From Candidatus Margulisiibacteriota bacterium (GTDB taxonomy: Bacteria; Margulisbacteria; Marinamargulisbacteria; JBHPDY01), in assembly GCA_042577605.1 (NCBI GenBank), contig JBHPDY010000003.1:1-32880 (forward strand): DNA of 32,880 bases, read 5' to 3'. The notes under the pieces were generated by a model. That model had not been told where the DNA came from, did not search any database, and saw nothing but the letters and a program-made list of their open reading frames with translations. The stretch's first letter is position 1, and each line of letters begins with the position of its first letter. Below, piece after piece: positions 1-9,273 of this stretch. The translations under genes were made by a program, and so were the position numbers.

Positions 1-126
1 TTTGCTGTTAGCTGAGGCTAGCAACAAATTATTTAGAAGAAAAATGCCGCAAAATATTACTCGCTATAAATTCTCCCGGCATTTCGCAACAGCCCCATTA
101 ATGATCTGCAAAAAAAGCACAAAAAA

Positions 127-1200
127 CTAATCAAAAACATAGAGATATTCTTCATCAAACCCAATCCCCACAAATTCATTTTCTCCGAAAAAAACCAAAC
201 CAGATACTTTAACAATAATATCCTGCCCAACACCAACATTTATATAAACAAGACTATCACTACCCTGGCAGCTGACCATAACTACTTTCCCCTTTAAAAT
301 ACCTTTGTCCGGCTGGGTGAGATGCAAGTTCGAAGGCCGGATACCCAAAGTAGTTTTTTCAGGAGCAACTTTAGAAAAAGCAGGATATTTTTTCTGGATT
401 TGAACCAGCAAACTACTGTCCAAAATATTTATCGGCGGAGAACCTACAAACCTAGCGACAAACTCATTTTTAGGCTGATTATATATTTCAGATGGAGTAC
501 CTGTTTGGATGATTTGGCCTTGGTCTAAGACAGCTATTTTGTCACCAAGCGATAGGGCCTCAGTTTGATCATGGGTTACATATACAGTAGTAATCCCCAA
601 TTCCCTTTGTAATTTTTTAAGCTCGCTTTGCATACGGACCCGTAAAAGCGCATCCAAATTAGATAAAGGTTCATCTAAAAGTAAAATTTTGGGCTCCCTT
701 ACAATAGCCCTGCCTAAGGCAGTCCGTTGTCGCTGGCCTCCGGAAAGTTCTGCTGGTTTTCTATCTAAAAGATGAGAGATATGAAGGATTTCTGCTGCAA
801 TATGAACCTTGCTTTTGATCTTGTCGTTTTGTGTTTTAGCGATCCTTAACGGAAAAGCAATATTTTCAAAAACTGTTAGATGAGGGTATAAAGCATAGCT
901 TTGAAATACCATGGCTACATCTCTTTGGCGTGGAGAAAAAAATATATTTTTTGTTTTGGAAGCAACCAGATCTTGACCAATCCATAGTTCGCCAGCATCA
1001 TTTTTTTCTGTTCCGGCAATGATATTTAAAAGAGTTGATTTACCGCAGCCGCTAGGCCCTAGAAGCACGAAAAAACACCCGGGCTCTATTTCCAGGTCAA
1101 TGTTCTCCAGAGCTTTAACCTTTTTCCTAGAAAGAGTCATAAACTCTTTAAACAGATTTTGGATTTTTATACTATTTGCTTTGCGGGTTTGTTTGTTCAT
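127..1200 (-). CDS. Sugar ABC transporter ATP-binding subunit (MalK/UgpC/SugC family)
   Basis: Walker A GPSGCGKST, VFQSYALYPHLTV, signature LSGGQRQR, Walker B LLLDEPLSNLDA, H-loop VTHDQ, C-terminal TOBE-like region. Confidence 0.95.
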   Translation of the reverse strand: MNKQTRKANSIKIQNLFKEFMTLSRKKVKALENIDLEIEPGCFFVLLGPSGCGKSTLLNIIAGTEKNDAGELWIGQDLVASKTKNIFFSPRQRDVAMVFQSYALYPHLTVFENIAFPLRIAKTQNDKIKSKVHIAAEILHISHLLDRKPAELSGGQRQRTALGRAIVREPKILLLDEPLSNLDALLRVRMQSELKKLQRELGITTVYVTHDQTEALSLGDKIAVLDQGQIIQTGTPSEIYNQPKNEFVARFVGSPPINILDSSLLVQIQKKYPAFSKVAPEKTTLGIRPSNLHLTQPDKGILKGKVVMVSCQGSDSLVYINVGVGQDIIVKVSGLVFFGENEFVGIGFDEEYLYVFD

Positions 1201-1222
1201 TTTTAATGCTCCAATTTTCCTT

Positions 1223-2050
1223 TCATTCTTTTAAGGCCCCATAAGTTAGACCTTGAATAACATAGCGTTGCATAAATCCGACTAGTACAAAAACAGGTAG
1301 TATGGCTAGTACAGACGCTGCCATAATCTGTCCCCAAGGGATTTGGCCATGCAATCCCTCAAATAATGCTATCGCCACCGGGATGGTACGTGCTTTAGTA
1401 TCAATAGTCAGAATTAAAGCAAACAAAAACTCATTAAAAGAAAAAATAAAAGTCAAAATTAAAGTGCTGATAATCCCGGGTAAAGCCACAGGAATTATAA
1501 TCTTAGTCAATACTTGGAACCTGCTTGCCCCATCAATTAACGCAGATTTATCTAAATCCAAAGGAATTTTTTTAAAATAGGTTAACATTATCCAGAAAGC
1601 CAGGGGCAGGGCTAGGGCAGTATAAGGAAAAACCAGCCCAGGATAGGTATTAATAAGCCGCAATCCAGTCATCATCTTAAAAAGAAAGCCCATAATACTG
1701 ATTTGCGGGAACATGGATAATGCTAAAACCAGAACCGCAAGAAATATCTTGCCCCTAAACTCAAACCTCGTAAAAGCATAGGCTGACAAAGAACTGCAAA
1801 AAGTAGCAATCACTGCTGAAATAAATGAAATAAATAAACTGTTCTTTAGATAAGAAAAAAAGCTCAAAGATGAAGAAGAGAGAACCGCTTGATAATTAGC
1901 AAAAGAAAAACCAGTATTTTTTCCTATCATAAGAAAATCAGGTTCTCTGACCAGCGAAACAATGATCATCCAAATAAAAGGAAAAAGACAGTAAACGACC
2001 AAAAATAAAATTAACAGGGATTTAAAAGAATATTTTAGATATTTATTCAT
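1223..2050 (-). CDS. Carbohydrate ABC transporter permease (MalG/SugB-like)
   Basis: About 6 TM helices; EAA-like loop LDKSALIDGASRFQ; FNEFLFAL and TIPVAI motifs. Confidence 0.93.
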   Translation of the reverse strand: MNKYLKYSFKSLLILFLVVYCLFPFIWMIIVSLVREPDFLMIGKNTGFSFANYQAVLSSSSLSFFSYLKNSLFISFISAVIATFCSSLSAYAFTRFEFRGKIFLAVLVLALSMFPQISIMGFLFKMMTGLRLINTYPGLVFPYTALALPLAFWIMLTYFKKIPLDLDKSALIDGASRFQVLTKIIIPVALPGIISTLILTFIFSFNEFLFALILTIDTKARTIPVAIALFEGLHGQIPWGQIMAASVLAILPVFVLVGFMQRYVIQGLTYGALKE

Positions 2051-2981
2051 TTAAACTCTCTTTAAACCTACCGAACTTTATATATAAAACAGCAAAAAGC
2101 CCGGCTATAAAAAATATGACCATTGAGACCGCAGATCCATAACCAAAATCGCCTCCGATATATTGCTTAAAGGCAAAAACAGACAATGATGTGGTAGCAC
2201 CGCCAGGCCCGCCGCCGGTCAAAACATAGATCAGGTCAAAGATCCGTACCGCATCAATAGTCCTAAAAAGCAAAGCTACAACGATAATGGGCTTTAATAA
2301 CGGAAGGGTGATTTTCAGGAATTGCTGCCTAAAGGTAGCGCCGTCAATTTGGGCTTGTTTATATATGTCTAGGGGAATTGTTGACAGACCAGCTAGCAAA
2401 ATAATGGTCATAAAAGGTGTGGTTTTCCATACATCACTTATGACAATAGAAATAAAAGCCTTGAATGGTGAGCCCAGCCAATTGATGTTAGATCCTATAA
2501 TTTTTAGTTTTATCAATAAAAAATTCAAGATCCCAAAGTCAAAACTATACATCAACTCCCAGATGCGGGCTGAGATAACTATGGGTATTAACCAGGGGAT
2601 TAGCAATACTAATCTCAGAAGACCTCGAGCAGGCATTGTCTTATTCAAGAATATAGCAAATAGCAAGCCAATTAATAATTCCAACGCAACAGAAACAACT
2701 ACAAAAGCTAATGTAAAAAATACTGACTGCCAAAAATTGGGGTCTGTAAATAAACGCGTGTAATTAGTTATTCCTAAAAATTTGATATTTAGAAAACTGA
2801 CATCTCGAAAAAAACTAGTAATAAAAGTGCCCATAGAGGGGATCAAGATGAAAACGCCTACTACAGCAATTATAGGAAGATTAAATAATACCAATGGCTT
2901 GAAATCCGGATTGGTCTTTAACTCTTTAGTCCATTTAGTGATTGATAACAAATATATTTTTACCAGACTATTATTTTGCAT
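2043..2981 (-). CDS. Carbohydrate ABC transporter permease (MalF/SugA-like)
   Basis: FLGITNY, DVWKTTPF, AQIDGA EAA loop and FDLIYVLTGGGPGGAT motifs; exact start uncertain. Confidence 0.93.
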   Translation of the reverse strand: MQNNSLVKIYLLSITKWTKELKTNPDFKPLVLFNLPIIAVVGVFILIPSMGTFITSFFRDVSFLNIKFLGITNYTRLFTDPNFWQSVFFTLAFVVVSVALELLIGLLFAIFLNKTMPARGLLRLVLLIPWLIPIVISARIWELMYSFDFGILNFLLIKLKIIGSNINWLGSPFKAFISIVISDVWKTTPFMTIILLAGLSTIPLDIYKQAQIDGATFRQQFLKITLPLLKPIIVVALLFRTIDAVRIFDLIYVLTGGGPGGATTSLSVFAFKQYIGGDFGYGSAVSMVIFFIAGLFAVLYIKFGRFKESLNE

Positions 2982-4380
2982 AAAAACCTATTATTTTATC
3001 GATTTCCCTCTGCATTTTTAATAAAGCTTCTTGAGGAGTGATCTTATTTGCCAGGCATTTATTTCCATAAAGCTGTATTACTTGAGACATCTGTTGATAA
3101 TAAGCTGCATTAGGCCTGGTAACAATATTTTTTGTAAAGGTATCTGTTATTAAATCAAGATGCGGGACAGCTTTAATGACCTCTTTATCATTATAAATAT
3201 CTGTTCTAGCTGGAAACCAGCCAACATTTAACACCAGTTTTTTTTGGGATTCATAAGATAGAATAAACTGTATTAATTTCCAAGCAGCTGCTTTTTTGTT
3301 TGAATATGTAGAAATACCTACATGCCACCCCCCTAGCGTAGAAGCTGAACGGCTGGTTTTTAGGTGTGGTATGGAACATACTCCGACTTTATCTTTAACA
3401 AGCGAACCCGGCTGATTATGCAGTTTCCATGCATAAAGCCAATTGCGCTCAAAAACAGCCTGGCCTCTTTGAAAAGAACGCCTGGCTTCTTCTTCTTTCA
3501 TTTCCGTATATACGTTTTTAGGTGTGATTCCAGAAGTGTGGATAAGATTTTGGATAAACTGTAAAGCCCTGGCATTTTGTGGCTGGTCTAATAATATCTG
3601 GCTGTCTTTAGTAAAACCACCACCAAAGGAGGACACGAATTCCAATAAACAGCACACCAGGCCTTCATATTGAACGCCTTGCCAGACATATCCGTTTAAG
3701 TTGGGATTATTTTTCCTTTCTTTTCTCAGAATTGTGGAAACACATTTTTCCCAGGCTGGCCAAGTTTGGGGCGCATTTTTATAGCCATATTTTTTAAGCA
3801 GGTCTTTCCTATAATACATAAGCGCAATATCGTTAAAGACCGGTAGCGCAAAGGTTCTTCCTTGATATTGATCAACACTTTTAACTATTTTCGGAAAAAA
3901 ATCAGATAAATTAAAATTAGATCTTTCAAAGTAAGGATCCAGGGATTGAAGCCACTTGGATTTAATAAAATGTTTTAACCAGACTACATCCATTAAGAAC
4001 ACGTCCGGATCTTCCTGTTTTCCTTTTAAAGAAATTATCAAGCTCTGAAGCCTTTGGTCAGTATCACTTGGCTGCCTGACAAGATCAACCTTAATGCCGG
4101 ACGACACTTCGAAATCTTTAATAAGCTTTTCCCAATAATTAATCTCAGTGGGTGCGCCACCAACCCAAAAAGTAAGCTTTTGTTCTGGTTTGGGTGCATA
4201 AAAAAAATAAGCAAGAATAAAAATAAACAAGATGGAGAATAATAGTAGAAATATAGATTTGTGTTCGTTCCATTGCCTGAAGTAAACGCGGGATTCAAAG
4301 GGCGGCAGCCCTTTGAAAACCATTTTCTTCAGGGTTTGAAGTGTGTAGCACTTCAAACAACTGAAATATTTAGCTTTCAT
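2971..4380 (-). CDS. Sugar ABC substrate-binding protein, trehalose/maltose-binding (TMBP/LpqY-like) type, N-terminally membrane anchored
   Basis: DVFLMDVVW, QYEGLVC, FERNWLYAW and STLGGW motifs; hydrophobic anchor SIFLLLFSILFIFILAYFF. Start uncertain (4395, 4380 or 4323) because a repeat lies in the 5' region. Confidence 0.88.
   Translation of the reverse strand: MKAKYFSCLKCYTLQTLKKMVFKGLPPFESRVYFRQWNEHKSIFLLLFSILFIFILAYFFYAPKPEQKLTFWVGGAPTEINYWEKLIKDFEVSSGIKVDLVRQPSDTDQRLQSLIISLKGKQEDPDVFLMDVVWLKHFIKSKWLQSLDPYFERSNFNLSDFFPKIVKSVDQYQGRTFALPVFNDIALMYYRKDLLKKYGYKNAPQTWPAWEKCVSTILRKERKNNPNLNGYVWQGVQYEGLVCCLLEFVSSFGGGFTKDSQILLDQPQNARALQFIQNLIHTSGITPKNVYTEMKEEEARRSFQRGQAVFERNWLYAWKLHNQPGSLVKDKVGVCSIPHLKTSRSASTLGGWHVGISTYSNKKAAAWKLIQFILSYESQKKLVLNVGWFPARTDIYNDKEVIKAVPHLDLITDTFTKNIVTRPNAAYYQQMSQVIQLYGNKCLANKITPQEALLKMQREIDKIIGFYAK
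4286..4358. repeat. Dispersed double-hairpin repeat, copy A
   Basis: GGATT-caaAGGGC-ggca-GCCCTttgaa ... gttTGAAGtg-tgtag-caCTTCAaac; same layout as 12178-12246 and 28746-28817. Confidence 0.8.
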
Positions 4381-4415
4381 ATATCCATTTTTCATTTTAT
4401 CATTGAATTAAAATA

Positions 4416-6140
4416 ATGATTGAATTGTTAATAATATATTTGAGTTGGTTCCTCTTATTTGCGGCCATAACCGGATTAGGTTTTTGGAGTCATTTATTAT
4501 TTAAAATCCGAAATAAAAGTATAGAATCAGGTTTTTCTGGATTCTGGATCGGATGGGTGATTCTGGTTGCCTGTTTACAGGTCATCCATTTATTTATGCC
4601 GCTTAATCTTTCTGTTTTTGTAGTTATTATTTTTTTAGGTCTAGTAGGTTTTTTTATCAACAGCAGAGAGCTATTTTACATTATTAAAAAACAATCCCTG
4701 ACTAAGATAATTATTATTACAATTGTCTGTCTCTTTTTTAGTATCTGGATTTCCAACCAGGCGCTTGCGCCCATAACCAGGCATGGCAATGCCGGCTTTT
4801 ATCATCTTCAAACCTTAAAATGGATTTCTACTTATAAAACTGTTCCGGGACTAGGTAATCTGGATGCCCTTCTTGGGTATAACCAATCCCATTTCTTATA
4901 CCAGGCATTATTAAACAACGGTTATTTACTAAATAAGGTGCATCATTTTGGCAATGGGCTGTTGTTATGGGTAATGATGATGCAGATATTATTCAGTTTA
5001 ACTAAAATATTTTCCGATAGAAATTATTTAAAGCGCGATATTTTTAGAGCATTATTTTTTCCTGCTGTAATATATAAATGTTTTTATTATGCCTCCAGCT
5101 TAACTCCTGACCTGCCTTTGTTTATTCTAGGAATTATTATTTCTAGCGAATTATGTTTCCTGTTTTTAGACAAGGATTCCCCAGATTCCAAGCGCTATTC
5201 AACGTTGTATATCTGTATCCTGTCTTTACTGGCAGTAACAATTAAGCTCAGTTTTGCTGTTTATGCCTTTTTTAGCATAGCTTTAAGTTTCTTTTATTAT
5301 ATTTATAAATTAACTGATCCAAAGGATAGAAAAAGTTCCTTCTTAAAATTATCTTTTTTCATTTTTTTGTGTTTTCTATTAATAGACATTCCTTGGATTA
5401 TTAGAAATATTATTCTTAGCGGGTATTTGCTCTATCCTATTAGTAGTTTCAGCCTACCGGTTGTCTGGAAAATGCCAGCTGAAAACGTAAAATTTGTGGC
5501 CCAGGCGTTTAAGAACATGAGCTTTTATTCTGATATAGGCTTAACCAAGAAAATACCTATTGATATGCAATGGCTTAAAATTTGGGGTTTATATTGGGCT
5601 AAAAGGTTCCGCTATGACATTCTTTTATTACCAGCCTTATTTTTATTAATGCCTTTAGGAATTAAATATTATAAAAAACAAAAAGTATATCAATTATTGT
5701 TTTTGCTGCCGGCTTTTGCTTCCGTGGTATTCTTGTTTTTTTATGCGCCAACGCCAAGGTTTATGGGCTCTGCTCCGTTCCAGTTATGGCTTGGTTCTTT
5801 TGTGTTTTTTATCACAGGATCTAAGCTATTCAACCAGTTTAATTTAAAAGAACTGTTTGCTATTTTTATTGTTTGTTCCCTATTGCTGGCCGGCACCAGA
5901 TCAACTTTTATCCGCCCCACCCATAATGCGTTTTTTGATATCCCCAAGATTAAAACGAAAAAGGTTATCACCCAAACCGGATTAGTGGTTAATGTGCCGG
6001 TTTCACCTAAAACTTATTGCTGGAATTCATCACTCCCTTGTACTATGTTACCGGACCCAAGATTAGGCACTCTGGAAAAAGGAAAGATGGAAAGCGGTTT
6101 TAAAATTTATAATGAATTAATGCCTATAAATAAGGAATAA
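4416..6140 (+). CDS. Large polytopic membrane protein (LIC_10190-like; possible GT-C-fold glycosyltransferase)
   Basis: 574 aa, about 13-14 hydrophobic segments; motifs GFYHLQTLKWI..PGLGNL and RNIILSGYLLYP; C-terminal CWNSSLPCT. Confidence 0.6.
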   Translation: MIELLIIYLSWFLLFAAITGLGFWSHLLFKIRNKSIESGFSGFWIGWVILVACLQVIHLFMPLNLSVFVVIIFLGLVGFFINSRELFYIIKKQSLTKIIIITIVCLFFSIWISNQALAPITRHGNAGFYHLQTLKWISTYKTVPGLGNLDALLGYNQSHFLYQALLNNGYLLNKVHHFGNGLLLWVMMMQILFSLTKIFSDRNYLKRDIFRALFFPAVIYKCFYYASSLTPDLPLFILGIIISSELCFLFLDKDSPDSKRYSTLYICILSLLAVTIKLSFAVYAFFSIALSFFYYIYKLTDPKDRKSSFLKLSFFIFLCFLLIDIPWIIRNIILSGYLLYPISSFSLPVVWKMPAENVKFVAQAFKNMSFYSDIGLTKKIPIDMQWLKIWGLYWAKRFRYDILLLPALFLLMPLGIKYYKKQKVYQLLFLLPAFASVVFLFFYAPTPRFMGSAPFQLWLGSFVFFITGSKLFNQFNLKELFAIFIVCSLLLAGTRSTFIRPTHNAFFDIPKIKTKKVITQTGLVVNVPVSPKTYCWNSSLPCTMLPDPRLGTLEKGKMESGFKIYNELMPINKE

Positions 6141-6143
6141 ATA

Positions 6144-7259
6144 ATGTCTGTGAACAAAATCATTACTAATATTATTAAGTTCATTCAAAGTAAAAACAAA
6201 AAAATCCTTTTGCAAAAGATATTCCAGAGAACAGTGCTAGCTATAATTACACCTAAAAAGTATAAAAAACTTCCTAAAAATTACCATGTTGAAATATCAA
6301 CTCATTGCAATCTACAGTGCGAGTACTGCATGTTAAAAGTAAACAATACCAAGCCGGAGCTCATGTCTTTTGAAAAGTTTAAAGAACATATTGCGCCTTA
6401 CCTGAAATATGCCCATTGCGTTGGTCTATCCGGTTTAGCAGAGCCTTTATTAAACAAAGATTTTTTTAAATTTGTAGAGCACATTAATTCAATTAATAAA
6501 AACTGCTGCATTTCCATTTTTACAAATGCCCTTCTGCTTAATGAAAAAACCAGTGAAAAGCTAGTTGAGGCAAAACTTGACCAGCTTTTGTTTTCCATAG
6601 ACACTCCAGATCAAGAGTTAAATGATAAAATACGAAAAGGCTCTGACCTAAATAAAATAATCCAAAATATCAAAAAGCTGCAAGAAATAAAACAAGCTAA
6701 TAAAGCTGAGCAGCCTTACATTTATGCCACCACAGTTCTCCAAAAAAAGAATTACCAACACTTACCAGATCTAATTCAGTTACTGTCAGACCTAAAAATA
6801 AACAAGCTCTTTGTCAATTCTTTAGAACCATACCAGAAAGATAATTTGCCAGAGATTCTTTTCCTCCCTTCTGACCGCCCAGCTGATCTAGACCAGGTAA
6901 TAAACAAAGCCCAAAAATTGGCAGAAGAAAAAAACATAGATCTAAAGATAGCCAGCCAAACAGCTTTGCCGGCAAGTTGTGATCCGGGAACACCGTTTAT
7001 TTTGCCGAATGGCGACATTACAGTATGTGCTGTCTTAGCTTATGCCAGGGATTATTTTTTCACGGTTGATAAGTCATTAACAGTCTATAAAGATCAGGGA
7101 AAAACCACACCGGTAATTTTCGGAAACATTTTTCAGCAGGATTTTGAGAAGATCTGGTTTGATGACAAATATCAGGATTTTAGGGAAAAGGTTAGGAATA
7201 ATAATTTCCCGCCTGAGTGCCAGGCTTGCTTGATAAAACATAATATCATTTGTGCGTGA
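6144..7259 (+). CDS. Radical SAM protein with C-terminal SPASM/twitch domain
   Basis: CxxxCxxC (CNLQCEYC), GLAEPLL motif, C-terminal C..PNGDITVC..FGNI..IW..CQAC..C. Confidence 0.9.
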   Translation: MSVNKIITNIIKFIQSKNKKILLQKIFQRTVLAIITPKKYKKLPKNYHVEISTHCNLQCEYCMLKVNNTKPELMSFEKFKEHIAPYLKYAHCVGLSGLAEPLLNKDFFKFVEHINSINKNCCISIFTNALLLNEKTSEKLVEAKLDQLLFSIDTPDQELNDKIRKGSDLNKIIQNIKKLQEIKQANKAEQPYIYATTVLQKKNYQHLPDLIQLLSDLKINKLFVNSLEPYQKDNLPEILFLPSDRPADLDQVINKAQKLAEEKNIDLKIASQTALPASCDPGTPFILPNGDITVCAVLAYARDYFFTVDKSLTVYKDQGKTTPVIFGNIFQQDFEKIWFDDKYQDFREKVRNNNFPPECQACLIKHNIICA

Positions 7260-7290
7260 TTATTCCGTAATTATAAATAAGTTGAATGGA

Positions 7291-7554
7291 TTAGTACTCA
7301 ATCATATCCTCAATTGTTATTGTATACTTTTTCTCAAGAGGTATAAACTCTAAAACAACTATATTAGTTCTTGTTTTTTTTACGATAGCATTTCCTACTG
7401 TTATAAATGATGAAAATTCGTGATTTTTATTACGCCGAACAACTCTATATTTATCACCCACACGTATTTTTTCGTTGTCAGAAATATTAATACTAAAGTA
7501 ATAATTCCTAATAGTTTGAATTTTTAGATATTTCAAAGGCACGTTGTCTAACAA
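7291..7554 (-). CDS. Hypothetical small beta-rich protein (pattern reminiscent of FlgT C-terminal domain); may be a fragment
   Basis: 87-aa ORF with IN..D..IRVGDKYRV....VGNAIVK pattern; TTG start, weak RBS. Confidence 0.4.
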   Translation of the reverse strand: MLDNVPLKYLKIQTIRNYYFSINISDNEKIRVGDKYRVVRRNKNHEFSSFITVGNAIVKKTRTNIVVLEFIPLEKKYTITIEDMIEY

Positions 7555-7617
7555 CCTTTATTGCCATCTGCATTAGTTTTGTAAATTTAGCTAAAAGCAA
7601 CAGCATTTGCCCCTCAA

Positions 7618-7724
7618 TGTCATCCTGAGCCCCTCCGGACTTAAAAATAAAGTCTTATGTTTGCCATAATTTATGCAAATGATATGCACATACAAAATGA
7701 TGGGGCGTGAGGATCTTTGATACT
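7618..7724 (+). repeat. Left bipartite inverted repeat (REP-like) of the GIY-YIG cassette
   Basis: TGTCATCCTGAGCCCCTC (7618-7635) and AATGATGGGGCGTGAGGATCTTTGATACT (7696-7724); both are exact reverse complements of segments within 8066-8170. Confidence 0.9.
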
Positions 7725-7728
7725 CTGC

Positions 7729-8031
7729 TTAATCCACTACGGAGCTAAATAAGTCTTTCCATTCGGGATTAACACTTTTTATTAATCCTATCTTCTTTTT
7801 CCGTTTAAACTTTTTTATCTGTTTTTCTCTTTCTATTGCGTAGAAAATGTCGTCTATTTCTTCGTAGTACACTAGTTTTGTTAAGTTATATCTACTGGAA
7901 AAACCTTTATTGATTTTATTCTTATGCTCCAATACTCTTCTATATAAATCATTAGTTACGCCTGTGTATAAAACTGAATTATAAAAATTTGTGATAATGT
8001 AAACATAGTATTGTTTGTTATAGTAATGCAT
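7729..8031 (-). CDS. Stand-alone GIY-YIG nuclease family protein (YhbQ/UPF0213-like)
   Basis: YYVYI..N...VLYTGVTNDLYRRVLEHK..FSSRYNLTKLVYYE..AIEREKQIK..NPEWKDL; likely ATG at 8031 (100 aa). Confidence 0.92.
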   Translation of the reverse strand: MHYYNKQYYVYIITNFYNSVLYTGVTNDLYRRVLEHKNKINKGFSSRYNLTKLVYYEEIDDIFYAIEREKQIKKFKRKKKIGLIKSVNPEWKDLFSSVVD

Positions 8032-8065
8032 TATATTTATTCTAGCCCCGAAGAATATATGGCAT

Positions 8066-8170
8066 AGTATCAAAGATCCTCACGCCCCATCATTACGTCA
8101 CATTTGTTTCCTTTTGGAATTATCTCTATAAACACCATTTATACACACATCCGAGGGGCTCAGGATGACA
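8066..8170 (-). repeat. Right bipartite inverted repeat of the GIY-YIG cassette
   Basis: AGTATCAAAGATCCTCACGCCCCATCATT (8066-8094) and GAGGGGCTCAGGATGACA (8153-8170). Confidence 0.9.
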
Positions 8171-8325
8171 GTAGAGGCTTGGGGCAGTAGTTTTAGCAAA
8201 AACATCAATAATTCTTATGAATTTCAGCGCACACGTTCGCTGAATAAATGGGCGCGAAGCGCCCCAAAAAAACACCCGCAGGAGCGAAAAACTAAGTTGA
8301 ACTTCTATTTGCCGAAGCAAATAGG

Positions 8326-8355
8326 TAATTAAAAGGAGCACGCTCCTTTTAATTA
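8326..8355 (-). terminator. Intrinsic terminator after MOSC-mog
   Basis: TAATTAAAAGGAGC-AC-GCTCCTTTTAATTA palindrome at the stop codon, with T-runs on both strands. Confidence 0.7.
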
Positions 8356-9273
8356 ATGCCCATCAACATCCCAGATCATAAAAAACAGATGCCCTAGCAT
8401 CGGCATAATCTCATCCATATACTCACTAACAGCTTTCACACTTCCAGGTAAACAGCAGATAATGGTTTTATCATTAACACCAACCAGGCTTCTGCTGGCA
8501 AGCGCATTTTTATTATCTTGGCCGTATTTTATCCTGATATGTTCGGTTATGCCGGACAATTCTTTTTTAATAAACCTTTTGGCAATCTCCACCGTAATGT
8601 CCTTTTTAGAAACTCCGGTACCCCCCGTAGTAATAATCAAATCATATTTTCGGGATATAAACTTAAAAAAGGTCATCCATAATTTTATTTTTGAATCCGG
8701 GATAACTAGTTTAGTTAACTCCCATTCCCGATTAAGTGAAGAAAAATAAGTATCCAGCTTTTGCTTAATCTGCTCACCGCTCTTATCCGCATACACGTTT
8801 TGTGAGGCCCTATCAGACAAGGTAATAATAGCGACTTTATATTTTTTCGGTAAAAATACTCCTTTTTCTCCTTGCGATATCTTACCGCCTTTAATTACTT
8901 TACAGAAAACTCCCTTTTTAGGCATGATGCAGTCGCCAATGCTCTTATATATATGACATCTGTCATGACACTCTTTTCCAATCTTGGAAACCTGTAACAA
9001 GACATTATTGATCTGAAGATAATCCAATAGTTTGATATTATTCAAATCCAAGCCCAAAGTTGTCAGGTTTTCAGCAAAAGAACCATTTACTAATTCAGAA
9101 TTAAATTGATCAATCTCTTCTCTGGATAATAAGCTTAATTCCCGGTTCTTCATTCCTTTATGGGCATCATCAACTATCCCCACATTTCTTTTTAGACAAA
9201 CGTTTTTTACAGGAAATTTTTTAGTGCCTTTTTCTTTGGAGGTATTAATGGAAAGCAGTTCAAATTCAGACAT
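8353..9273 (-). CDS. mog: MOSC domain - molybdopterin adenylyltransferase (Mog/MoaB) fusion
   Basis: N-term MOSC: GIVDDAH, FAENLTT, LQVSKIGKECH..C......GDCIMPKKGVF; C-term ITLSDRAS..YADKSG, ITTGGTG, D.TVE, LPGS. Likely ATG at 9273 overlapping the end of moaC. Confidence 0.88.
   Translation of the reverse strand: MSEFELLSINTSKEKGTKKFPVKNVCLKRNVGIVDDAHKGMKNRELSLLSREEIDQFNSELVNGSFAENLTTLGLDLNNIKLLDYLQINNVLLQVSKIGKECHDRCHIYKSIGDCIMPKKGVFCKVIKGGKISQGEKGVFLPKKYKVAIITLSDRASQNVYADKSGEQIKQKLDTYFSSLNREWELTKLVIPDSKIKLWMTFFKFISRKYDLIITTGGTGVSKKDITVEIAKRFIKKELSGITEHIRIKYGQDNKNALASRSLVGVNDKTIICCLPGSVKAVSEYMDEIMPMLGHLFFMIWDVDGH

Noticed and set aside
7257-7259. TGA after ..ICA in the radical SAM gene as possible Sec
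   Set aside because: Only 6 codons follow before TAA, and I see no SECIS-like hairpin
8126-8341. 71-aa ORF next to the GIY-YIG gene
   Set aside because: Consists of hairpins and the right inverted repeat; no RBS or motif
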